A program made the translations under genes and the position numbers. The notes below the pieces were generated by a model, which worked only from the letters and a program-made list of their open reading frames with translations, was not told the origin of the DNA and did not search any database. Shown here piece by piece: positions 22,379-31,804 of a stretch of 64,000 nt of DNA (positions are counted from its first letter, which is position 1; each line of letters opens with the position of its first letter). This DNA comes from TPA_inf: Saccharomyces (lineage: Eukaryota): assembly GCA_000146045.2 (NCBI GenBank), contig BK006943.2:32001-96000 (forward strand), written 5' to 3'.

Positions 22379-24178
22379 ATGATAGATATCAACGTTAATA
22401 ACATATTTTTTAGATCTTATTCAGTTGATCCTAACTCTGGTCACGCAATTTATGTCTTTGATTCGACTTATTTGCCAGCATCTGATGAAATTGGCGATAA
22501 GCAAGTTTATGACTTGCTTATTAATGCCCTCATGGATCGATTGGTAATGAAATTGCCACAGGCACCATATTCACTGGTGATTTTTTCATCTGGGTTTTCC
22601 CAGAGAAAAATAAGCTGGGTTTACGGTATTAAAATGTTTGCAAAGTTACCCAAAGAGACCAAGTTCTATTTACAAAAGATTTTTATTGTTCATGAGTCAT
22701 TCTTCGTTAGGTCGGTCTATCAAGTAATTTCAAACGCTATGAACTTTAACTTCTTGGACTCAAAAGATAGTCAGCATGATTTTCCAAGTTTAGTTCATGT
22801 CTTGGACCTGACTTCTTTATCCGAGCTAATAGATATTACGCGACTTAGAATATCGTTGAACGTGTACTTATATGATTACCAGATACGCGAACATATAAAT
22901 GTCCCGGAGGAATATTATAACAGATTGACCCCTCTGGCAATAAGACAGTATAGGCAGTTAGTATTCGATAAAATTTTCAAGAAATTACAGAATGACGCTC
23001 TGTTGTGTGAATTGATATTCCAGAAGCCGGGAAACTATAAAAAGGTAAACATTTTTTTGGATATTATCAAAAGAAACAACTACATTGATTTATCTCAATG
23101 GGATATTTATTCTTTGGCATCCGTGTGGTTGAATTACTTCATTAAGAATAAAGCCAAACCTCTAATCCCAATTGAATTAATTCCGTTACCAATTGTTGAT
23201 GATCTAAAGTTCACAAGTGAAACATTCCGCAAAATTATTAAATTCAACCAATACCAGGACCTCTTTATGGTCATAATTCCTTTTTTTAATAGGATCATAG
23301 CGCATGGTGAATCGACTAAACATGATTCAAGGACCCTAAGTAAAGCTTTAACTCCGGCGTTATGTAAGGAAAAACTTTCCATGATGACTAATGATCGTTT
23401 AGCTATTGGGTCGAGATATATTAAAAATTTACTGGACTTTTTCCCCGAAATCGCGAAGGAAATATCATCACCTCCTTCATCCGTATCATCGTCTTCTACT
23501 ATCCCTGTTTTGCCTAAGCCAAGGAAGTCGTCGCCAACCAGATACAGTGAACTAGGCTGCTTAACCCTTCCTAGAAGTCGAAGCCCTAGTCCACAAAGAT
23601 CTGTTACGTCTCCAACGTACACACCTGTCGCATTACAAAATACACCAGTCTTGAAACCTAAGTCTTCAAGCAGAAATGTTTCATCCCCATCATTCAATGC
23701 CAAACCTCCACTTCCTATTAAGGCAGTTACACGACCACAACTGTCTCTAACTTCCAATTCTAATACAGATTTGGCATTAGCTTCTTCTTCTACAGATACA
23801 TTATCCTCACCGACGAAGACTCCATCAGCAGACTCGCTTCCATTGAGTAACAGCAGCACCGATTTAACGATATCAGATAATATCAAAGAAATGGTTAAGG
23901 ACGAGCCAGCAAAGGATAAAAATTCTGTGGAAACAGATATATTCGTACAACAGTTTGAAAGTTTAACCCTCGTCCAAAACGCGAAGATTAAGAAGTTCGA
24001 CAAAGAACTACAAGAAAAGAAGAAGAAAAATGAAACTACTTCAAAGACAGCAGATAAATTCTCTCAAAAGGGATATTCAGATATTAAAGCAAGCAACAAG
24101 GTTAGCAGGCTAGCTGCATTGTACGAAGAACGTTTACAAGGTTTACAAGTAATGAATGAAATGAAACAAAGGTGGTAA
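22379..24178 (+). CDS. ECM25: ECM25-like protein, 599 aa. Globular N-terminal part, I believe annotated as RhoGAP-like. Long Ser/Thr/Pro-rich C-terminal tail and a terminal coiled-coil.
   Basis: ORF track. Strongly S/T/P-biased segment around residues 360-500 with many SP/TP sites. Synteny matches YJL201W. Confidence 0.8.
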   Translation: MIDINVNNIFFRSYSVDPNSGHAIYVFDSTYLPASDEIGDKQVYDLLINALMDRLVMKLPQAPYSLVIFSSGFSQRKISWVYGIKMFAKLPKETKFYLQKIFIVHESFFVRSVYQVISNAMNFNFLDSKDSQHDFPSLVHVLDLTSLSELIDITRLRISLNVYLYDYQIREHINVPEEYYNRLTPLAIRQYRQLVFDKIFKKLQNDALLCELIFQKPGNYKKVNIFLDIIKRNNYIDLSQWDIYSLASVWLNYFIKNKAKPLIPIELIPLPIVDDLKFTSETFRKIIKFNQYQDLFMVIIPFFNRIIAHGESTKHDSRTLSKALTPALCKEKLSMMTNDRLAIGSRYIKNLLDFFPEIAKEISSPPSSVSSSSTIPVLPKPRKSSPTRYSELGCLTLPRSRSPSPQRSVTSPTYTPVALQNTPVLKPKSSSRNVSSPSFNAKPPLPIKAVTRPQLSLTSNSNTDLALASSSTDTLSSPTKTPSADSLPLSNSSTDLTISDNIKEMVKDEPAKDKNSVETDIFVQQFESLTLVQNAKIKKFDKELQEKKKKNETTSKTADKFSQKGYSDIKASNKVSRLAALYEERLQGLQVMNEMKQRW

Positions 24179-24443
24179 CTTACATAATTGTATCTTTTTA
24201 ACACATACATATTGCATATACGACAACAAAATACCCCCCACCCTTGAGTTAAGCCGTAGTTGAAGCAGTCGAGATCTCGTGTATAATATTATATATCAAA
24301 CAATATTACGTTTTTTATAGTAAATAAATAAATAAATAGGTAGGTTATTTGCACCGTCTATATGCAGAGTCTATAGAATTGTGTAAACTAGCTTATGACT
24401 ATTAAATCGGACTCTTAATTTTTAGCTAATATCTCTTCAGAAT

Positions 24444-26813
24444 TTATTCGTTTCTTCGTATATTACCAATATAATTGATTGCTGAACCAGCTTTGAAAAA
24501 ATCGATTTGATCTTTAGACATAGTATGTTTTGCCTTGATGGTGAACGATTCACCGTTTGGTTTAGTAATTTTAACATCAATTTCACCACCGTTATTACCA
24601 TCCTTAGCAATCATGTCAACTAGGTTCAACGTTTCTAAAACATCTCCGCTTGATATTTTATCATAGTCAGATTCGTTGGCAAAAGTCAATGGCAACACAC
24701 CTTGTTTCTTCAAGTTTGTCTCATGAATTCTTGCAAAAGACTTAACTAAAAGAATCTCTCCGCCTAAAAATCTTGGTGACAAAGCAGCATGCTCTCTTGC
24801 GGAACCTTCACCATAGTTATGTTCCGCTATCACGGTCCATGGTCTACCGTCTGATTTCCATTTCATCATCAAACCAGGAATATCATATTCAGTTCCGTCA
24901 AGGTCATAAGCCTTGTTGACTTCACCGGTTTCTTTGTTTTGTGCACCAATCAATGTATTGTAAGAAATGTTTTCTAGATGGCCTTTATATTTCAACCAGA
25001 CGCCCGCAGCGGAAATATGATCTGTTGTACATTTACCTTCAACTTTCAAAAGCACGTTTGTCTTCAATTCCTTCCCGTTCCAAGGTTTGAATGGCTCTAA
25101 TAATTGCAAACGATCAGAATTAGGGTCTACCTTAATCTCTACATTGCTATCTGGCTTTGGATCCATTTCAGGATAAAATTTGTCTCTACCGTGTTCAAAT
25201 CCTCTTTTTGGTAACTCATCACCCTTTGGTGGTTGGAATTTGAAATCCTTCCCATTTGGCAATTTAATTGAGTCAGTTAGCGGATTGAACTGAGCATCTC
25301 CAGAATAACTCATCGCTGTTACTATTTCTGGGGATGTTAAGAAATTCATTGTATTCCTATTACCATCGTTTCTAGCTCTGAAATTTCTATTGAATGATGT
25401 AAAAATAGTGTTCGTTTCTTTTGATGTTTTCGAGACATCTTCCCTATTCCATTGTCCGATACAAGGGCCGCATGCATTTGCTAAAACTTTGGCACCATTT
25501 TCTTGGAAAATATCGATGATTCCATCTCTTTCCAAGGTAGCTCTAATTTGTTCTGAACCAGGGGTGACAAAGAAGGGGATACGTGGTTTCAAGCCGGCTT
25601 TGGAAGCTTGCTTGACCAAGTCGACAACACGACTCATGTCTTGATAAGATGAATTGGTACATGATCCAATCAAACCAGCGCTAACTTTTTGGGGCCAGTT
25701 TTCCTTCAAACTTTTTTCGGCATATTGAGATATTGGGGTTGAAAGGTCTGGTGTAAATGGACCATTAACGTGAGGTTCAATTGCGGATAAGTCAATTTCA
25801 ATAACTTTATCGTATTGAGCATCTTTGTCGGCTCTTAAGAAGTTAAACTTGTTTAAAGCAACATCAGCTGCTTCAGCGACCTCTGCTCTATTAGTTGCTT
25901 GCAAATAACGCTTGTGAGCTTCTTGGTAAGGGAAAGTTGACGTTGTAGCACCGATTTCAGCTCCCATATTACAGATGGTTGCCATACCTGTGCAAGATAG
26001 AGTGGATACACCTTCGCCGAAGTACTCGACGATATAACCAGTACCACCTCTGACAGTTAGTAAACCAGCGAGCTTTGTGATTACATCTTTAGGAGTGGAC
26101 CATCCGTTTAACTTTCCGGTCAATTTAACACCTAAAATTTTTGGTGCTTTTAATTCCCATGGAGTGCCTGTGAGGGCATCAACTGCATCCGCACCACCAA
26201 CCCCGATGGCAATAGCTCCCAGACCGCCTGCATTTGGTGTATGGGAATCAGTACCTAGCATCATTAGACCTGGAGCTGAGAAATTTTCCAAAACAATCTG
26301 GTGAATGATACCAGAACCTGGGCCCCAGAATTGAATTCCATATCTCTTTGCGCAACTCTCCAAGAAATCGAAAACTTCTTGGTTGGTAGCTATGGAAGAG
26401 GGTAAATCTTTAGTTTCACCGTCCTTACCTACAATTAAATGATCACAATGTATGGATGCTGGGACAGATGTTTGATTTAGACCGGTGGTCATGAATTGTA
26501 GAAGCGCCATTTGGGCAGAAGCGTCCTGCATAGCTACACGGTCTGGGTTTAGCTTCAAGTATTTATTACCACGGATGGTGGACAGATCAGAAGAAGTAAT
26601 CGATTCTTCAGGATCGCAAAGATGCGAGTATAAAATTTTTTCTGCTAGTGTCAATGGAGCATTGTTTGTTATTTGTTTAATCTTGTCTAGGTTGGTCAAA
26701 AGTTTTGCATAAGGTGGCACTTTTGTTTGAAAATTTTTAGATACAGAGGGGAACATATTGGCATGTGTTGCCAAATGCCTCTTTATATAAAACCTATTAG
26801 CTGAAGATAGCAT
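24444..26813 (-). CDS. ACO2: Aconitase-family (aconitate hydratase / homoaconitase-like) mitochondrial protein, 789 aa.
   Basis: Clear aconitase family signatures: Fe-S cluster ligand region ...GSCTNSSY... and ...NACGPCIGQW.... Basic mitochondrial presequence. A length of 789 aa matches ACO2 (YJL200C) rather than ACO1. Confidence 0.9.
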   Translation of the reverse strand: MLSSANRFYIKRHLATHANMFPSVSKNFQTKVPPYAKLLTNLDKIKQITNNAPLTLAEKILYSHLCDPEESITSSDLSTIRGNKYLKLNPDRVAMQDASAQMALLQFMTTGLNQTSVPASIHCDHLIVGKDGETKDLPSSIATNQEVFDFLESCAKRYGIQFWGPGSGIIHQIVLENFSAPGLMMLGTDSHTPNAGGLGAIAIGVGGADAVDALTGTPWELKAPKILGVKLTGKLNGWSTPKDVITKLAGLLTVRGGTGYIVEYFGEGVSTLSCTGMATICNMGAEIGATTSTFPYQEAHKRYLQATNRAEVAEAADVALNKFNFLRADKDAQYDKVIEIDLSAIEPHVNGPFTPDLSTPISQYAEKSLKENWPQKVSAGLIGSCTNSSYQDMSRVVDLVKQASKAGLKPRIPFFVTPGSEQIRATLERDGIIDIFQENGAKVLANACGPCIGQWNREDVSKTSKETNTIFTSFNRNFRARNDGNRNTMNFLTSPEIVTAMSYSGDAQFNPLTDSIKLPNGKDFKFQPPKGDELPKRGFEHGRDKFYPEMDPKPDSNVEIKVDPNSDRLQLLEPFKPWNGKELKTNVLLKVEGKCTTDHISAAGVWLKYKGHLENISYNTLIGAQNKETGEVNKAYDLDGTEYDIPGLMMKWKSDGRPWTVIAEHNYGEGSAREHAALSPRFLGGEILLVKSFARIHETNLKKQGVLPLTFANESDYDKISSGDVLETLNLVDMIAKDGNNGGEIDVKITKPNGESFTIKAKHTMSKDQIDFFKAGSAINYIGNIRRNE

Positions 26814-27054
26814 CGAATCTCTTGCTTATTGCTCTTAGAGTTTTATGTTTAAAGAAAGTCGAAAATTCTTATTTTTGCAAGTGCGCAAATCGAATAATAC
26901 GAAAAGATGAAAATATTTTAGTTTATATACATGTTTGATGCCATACCATCTATTGACATAATCTACGATGTGAGAGCTGTATGATATTGTGGAACTTTGT
27001 ATATATTGAAAAAATTTTCCAGTGGAATTTTACTCGCGATGACTCAAGAGCGTG

Positions 27055-27075
27055 AAAAAAAAAAAAAAAAAAAAA
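27055..27075. repeat. Homopolymeric A21 tract (T21 on the minus strand) between ACO2 and tRNA-Thr.
   Basis: Direct count in the sequence. Confidence 0.95.
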
Positions 27076-27099
27076 TTAATTGCTAAAAAATCAAATATA

Positions 27100-27172
27100 T
27101 GCTTCCAATCGGATTTGAACCGATGATCTCCACATTACTAGTGTGGCGCCTTACCAACTTGGCCATAGAAGC
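27100..27172 (-). tRNA. tT(AGU)J: tRNA-Thr, anticodon AGU, 73 nt, no intron.
   Basis: Reverse complement is GCTTCTATGGCCAAGTTGGTAAGGCGCCACACTAGTAATGTGGAGATCATCGGTTCAAATCCGATTGGAAGCA. It folds as a cloverleaf by hand (7-bp acceptor stem, anticodon loop CTAGTAA) and has A-box and B-box internal promoter elements (GGTTCAAATCC). Confidence 0.93.
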
Positions 27173-27459
27173 TTCTATTTTATATTTGCCTGACCTATTT
27201 TAACGGTTATATTCCACAAACATTTTAATCATGAAGCAATTTTTTTGATGTTGATGTGAGAGTAATAAGCACTGTGCTGAGAAGAGGATCAACAACATGA
27301 TATTCTACGGAACGTAAAGGATACAATGTTATTGGACTAAGAATCGTCTATCATCTTAAGAAATGGGTGGATGATCGGACAATTATTGAGAAGGTTTCAT
27401 TGTGGAGAACAAATCGCAATATTGTGCAATCCTTTAGATATGTCAAGATAAAATACTAG

Positions 27460-27784
27460 GGAGGCTTCGCCCATTCATTAAAGAGTATAGCTACCGCATA
27501 CTGTTTAGTAGTATACTATCACATGTGGTGTAAAAAGATAACATAAAGATTGAGAATCAGTCATCAAATGTAATGGAAGCTGAAAATGCAAGGATTGATA
27601 GTGTAATAGGAACGAAACATATGAAAACGGAATGAGGAATAGTCGTATTATTAGTATGTATAGATTCCATTTGAGAATTCTTATATCCTCGAGGGGAACT
27701 TCTAGTATATTCTGTATACATAATATTGTAGCCTCTATCAACAACGGAATCCCAACAATTATCTCAAAACTCACTTATATCTCA
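27460..27784 (+). mobile_element. Solo LTR of the Ty1/Ty2 delta family. It is diverged, and its 5' end is degenerate.
   Basis: Strong similarity to the delta consensus as I remember it: ...GGAAGCTGAAA.GCAAGGATTGATA.TGTAATAGGA...AAACGGAATGAGGAATA.TCGTA.TATTAGTATGTA...GATTCCATTT.GAG.ATTC.TATATCCTCGAGG.GAACTTCTAGTATAT...GGAATCCCAACAATTATCTCAA...TCTCA. The 3' end is at 27784. It lies about 290 bp upstream of the tRNA 5' end. Confidence 0.65.
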
Positions 27785-28682
27785 CAAAACACTCAATAGC
27801 GACCCTTAAATGTTACTGAACCTCATATTGTTTCGCTCTGCTCCCTTATATATTGTTAATGCAATCGGGACAGCTCACTGACTGAACGGTGAATAGTGGC
27901 TCCCGGAAAGCTGAGAGTTGTGAACTCGCCACCTCTGTTAAGTAAGTCGTAAGCTGTTAAAGCTGCGTCACGAGTAATGAGCTGCCAGTTCGGCCTCTGA
28001 TCGCTGTACTTTATGGTAAAAAGATAGTTCCTAGTAGAAGACGAGTCATACTCGTAAACAAGCACCGCTGGATACTCTTCTCTATCAAGACGTAAAGCGT
28101 ACTTGTAATCTCTAAGTTCGCCAATCCAAATTTCTGATATGCCACTCATTATCCTCACCCCACATGCTGACACCTTATACATTCAATATCTCCCTTCTCC
28201 TACTTAACCTTATGTTACCCTTTTTTTTTGGCTTGCATTTATATTTGGTTTACATAGCAACAACCGATAGCGGGTAACAGCATTAAGCTTCCCATCTCCC
28301 GTTCACTGTTATTACCTTTGGCACGTAAAGGGCCGGCTAATAATGTCGTATTTCCACTGATTTGGATGTATGTTGCATGGTGCTAGATTGTGAATAAATC
28401 ATTTCCACTGGTTTCTAGCAGAGGTAAGAAAATCAGTAGTAGCGGCAGCAGCCAAGAAAAATGGCAGCCTGGCAAGCAGCGAAGGCCATCTGTGCTGCAT
28501 TTCCACACTCCTTGTATGACTGCATACGCATAAAGAGGTGCCTTGCTGTAGGCGTATATGATCCTAAGCAACAGAGAAACCACGGTTCTCTTCTCTTCTT
28601 ATTTCGTTATTGTCTTCCCTTTTTACTATGGGTAAAGTCGCCCTAAAGCGGGGCGCTCACAATATCGCCGCAGCTACAGCCG

Positions 28683-28706
28683 TTTTTTTTTTTTTTGTTT
28701 TTTTTT
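28683..28706. repeat. T14-G-T9 poly(dA:dT) tract about 140 bp upstream of the PHO90 ATG. Likely a nucleosome-excluding promoter element.
   Basis: Direct count. Position relative to the PHO90 start. Confidence 0.8.
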
Positions 28707-28843
28707 GCGCTGCTTCTCGAAGAATGAATGGCTCACTGAAAAATTTTGATTCATCGATATAAAGAACACTGTTCACTTCGATGTCATCCGGCCAATAAAG
28801 TTGTTTTTAGGATAAACGAGTAAGTGGTAGCTGGTACAGGATC

Positions 28844-31489
28844 ATGAGATTTTCACACTTCTTGAAGTACAATGCTGTCCCAGAATGGCAAAACCATTAT
28901 ATGGACTACAGCGAGCTGAAAAATCTTATTTACACGCTACAAACAGATGAACTTCAGGTTGGTGATAACGAAGAAGGATTTGGCGCAGGAAAGAGCTCTA
29001 ACATTACAGATAGGTTCAAAAACAAGTTTTCTTTTAAAAATGCGAAGGAAGATACGTCTTCCGGTATGAACAAAGATGCAGGCATCGTTGAGGAAACCAT
29101 CGAGTTGCGAGAGTTGCCTACTGCTCAGACGGTCGCTGCCAAACCTTCTCCTTTCAGAAGAATGAAGGAAAAGATATTTTACAAAAGAAGGTCGTCTTCC
29201 GCATCGTCCGTCTCCTCCACGGCCAACGAAAATCTGCAATTAGACACTTATGATACGTTTGTTGGTGATTTAACAGCTGAAAAACAGAAAGTAGATGATT
29301 TTTATAAGAGGACAGAAGCGAAGTTCTACGACAAATTTGACGCGCTGGTGAAGGACCTGAAGAAAATCGGAGTTATAGAATACGATATCGACGATGATAC
29401 TCTGTTTAACGAACCGATTGCCAGCACAAATGACGAAGTTCCCCCACTAGACTTGGATGATGACGAAGACGACGACGAATTTTACGATGATCAATCTAAT
29501 ATTGAAGATAATACTGCTTTGCTGCATCATTCGCAGTATAACATTAAGTCTCAGAAAAAATCGCTGTTGAAGAAGTCGATCGTAAACCTATATATCGATC
29601 TTTGCCAGTTGAAGTCGTTCATCGAATTGAACCGCATTGGGTTTGCAAAAATTACAAAGAAATCAGACAAAGTTCTTCACTTGAATACAAGAACCGAACT
29701 GATCGAATCGGAGCAGTTTTTCAAAGACACATATGCATTCCAGGCAGAAACGATCGAATTGCTAAATTCCAAAATTTCCCAGCTAGTCACATTTTATGCG
29801 CGCATCACTGACCGGCCTCATAATATCTCGCATAGCAAGCAAGAGTTGAAATCCTACCTGCATGACCACATTGTTTGGGAAAGAAGTAACACTTGGAAAG
29901 ACATGTTGGGACTGCTATCGCAAGCTGACGAGTTGACACCAAAGGAAACAGAATATAATGCAAATAAGCTGGTAGGCAAGTTAGATTTGGAATACTACAG
30001 ATGGCCACTACCCAGACCGATAAACTTAAAATTCACTAGTATAAACAACGTTGCACTACCGAAATTATTTTTCACCAAGAAAGCATACAAGATTTACTTT
30101 ATTATTCTAGTCACTGGACTCTTGTTAGGAATAAAGACCTTCAACGACGCTGCTCAGCACCGCTGCATGGCCCTTGTCGAGTGTGTCGCCTTTTTGTGGG
30201 CTAGTGAGGCCATCCCATTACACATTACAGCATTCCTTGTACCACTACTTGTAGTCCTTTTCAAAGTCCTAAAAACCTCCGACGGGGCTATAATGAGTGC
30301 TGCAAGCGCTTCATCAGAAATTTTGGCCGCCATGTGGTCTTCTACAATTATGATTCTGCTGGCAGGTTTTACTTTGGGTGAAGTACTTGCACAATATAAC
30401 ATCGCCAAAGTTCTTGCCTCGTGGTTGTTGGCCTTCGCTGGTTGTAAACCCAGAAACGTTCTTTTAATGGCAATGTGTGTCGTGTTCTTCCTATCAATGT
30501 GGATTTCCAATGTCGCAGCACCTGTTCTAACATATTCGTTGTTATCTCCCCTATTGGATGCCATGGATGCAGATAGCCCATTTGCGCAAGCATTGGTGTT
30601 AGGTGTAGCGTTGGCTGCAAATATCGGTGGTATGTCTTCACCAATCTCTTCACCTCAAAACATCATTTCCATGTCGTACTTGAAACCCTATGGTATTGGC
30701 TGGGGCCAATTCTTTGCTGTTGCATTGCCATCTGGTATCCTGGCCATGCTTTTGGTTTGGATTTTATTGTTCACTACTTTCAAGATGAATAAGACCAAAT
30801 TGGAAAAATTTAAGCCTATTAAGACGAAATTCACAGTTAAGCAGTATTATATCATTACTGTCACTGTGGCCACTATTTTGTTGTGGTGTGTGGAAAGCCA
30901 GATTGAAGGTGCTTTTGGGTCATCAGGTCAAATTGCAATCATTCCCATCGTTTTGTTTTTTGGTACCGGATTACTATCAACACAAGATTTAAATGCCTTT
31001 CCGTGGTCAATCGTTATTTTGGCAATGGGAGGTATTGCTTTGGGGAAGGCCGTCTCATCCTCGGGTTTGCTATCAACCATTGCAAAAGCATTACAAAAGA
31101 AAATTGAGAATGATGGTGTTTTTGCCATTCTATGTATTTTCGGTATCCTGATGTTGGTTGTGGGTACTTTCGTCTCGCATACAGTATCCGCTATTATCAT
31201 CATTCCCTTGGTGCAAGAAGTTGGTGACAAGCTTGGCAACCCCAAAGCTGCTCCTATCCTTGTTTTCGGTTGTGCATTATTGTCATCCTGTGGTATGGGA
31301 CTAGCTTCTTCGGGGTTCCCCAATGTCACTGCCATCTCTAAAGTAGATAGAAAGGGCGATCGCTATTTAAGTGTCATGACTTTCTTAACGAGAGGTGTTC
31401 CAGCTTCTATTTTGGCTTTCCTATGTGTCATTACTCTAGGTTATGGTATCATGGCATCTGTTGTCAAGGGTAACGCAACCTCTGCGTAA
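28844..31489 (+). CDS. PHO90: Low-affinity phosphate transporter, 881 aa. N-terminal SPX domain plus a C-terminal transporter domain of the anion-permease type.
   Basis: SPX-type start (MRFSHFLKYNAVPEWQNHYMDYSELKNLI) and a multi-TM C-terminal half. Size and synteny match YJL198W. Confidence 0.9.
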   Translation: MRFSHFLKYNAVPEWQNHYMDYSELKNLIYTLQTDELQVGDNEEGFGAGKSSNITDRFKNKFSFKNAKEDTSSGMNKDAGIVEETIELRELPTAQTVAAKPSPFRRMKEKIFYKRRSSSASSVSSTANENLQLDTYDTFVGDLTAEKQKVDDFYKRTEAKFYDKFDALVKDLKKIGVIEYDIDDDTLFNEPIASTNDEVPPLDLDDDEDDDEFYDDQSNIEDNTALLHHSQYNIKSQKKSLLKKSIVNLYIDLCQLKSFIELNRIGFAKITKKSDKVLHLNTRTELIESEQFFKDTYAFQAETIELLNSKISQLVTFYARITDRPHNISHSKQELKSYLHDHIVWERSNTWKDMLGLLSQADELTPKETEYNANKLVGKLDLEYYRWPLPRPINLKFTSINNVALPKLFFTKKAYKIYFIILVTGLLLGIKTFNDAAQHRCMALVECVAFLWASEAIPLHITAFLVPLLVVLFKVLKTSDGAIMSAASASSEILAAMWSSTIMILLAGFTLGEVLAQYNIAKVLASWLLAFAGCKPRNVLLMAMCVVFFLSMWISNVAAPVLTYSLLSPLLDAMDADSPFAQALVLGVALAANIGGMSSPISSPQNIISMSYLKPYGIGWGQFFAVALPSGILAMLLVWILLFTTFKMNKTKLEKFKPIKTKFTVKQYYIITVTVATILLWCVESQIEGAFGSSGQIAIIPIVLFFGTGLLSTQDLNAFPWSIVILAMGGIALGKAVSSSGLLSTIAKALQKKIENDGVFAILCIFGILMLVVGTFVSHTVSAIIIIPLVQEVGDKLGNPKAAPILVFGCALLSSCGMGLASSGFPNVTAISKVDRKGDRYLSVMTFLTRGVPASILAFLCVITLGYGIMASVVKGNATSA

Positions 31490-31804
31490 GAGATACGTCT
31501 ACGATAGCATGTAACAGCGTATATATAATCTATATGTATTCGATTAATCCAACACTTCTGTTGTGTAGTCTAATGTTCGAAAAAAAGGTACGCTTCCCTG
31601 TTATAATCAGGTATATTTCGTTATTCTTATAAGCTAAAAGATTAAAAATTTTTCCACTTTCCTTGAAATTTGGTCGGTTCGTGGAAAAATATTATTACGT
31701 ATTGAAGAAGTGCATGAAGATAAAAGATGGGATTACTGGAAAAATAAAGGGAGGAAAATCCTGCAGAACGTTGTTGTTTCAATCGAAGGTTTCTTCATTC
31801 GAAA

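Noticed and set aside
26841-26851. Exact match to the ARS consensus sequence WTTTAYRTTTW (TTTTATGTTTA) just upstream of ACO2
   Set aside because: An 11-bp ACS match is expected by chance about once in the roughly 20 kb of AT-rich intergenic DNA in this window. I did not verify a B1 element or 3' A-rich flank. Without replication-origin data it is not callable.
27249-27297. 49-bp unit bounded by TGTTG...CAACA, resembling LTR inverted termini, between the tRNA and the delta
   Set aside because: It is too short, and its interior does not match any LTR consensus I remember. Five-base inverted termini occur by chance.
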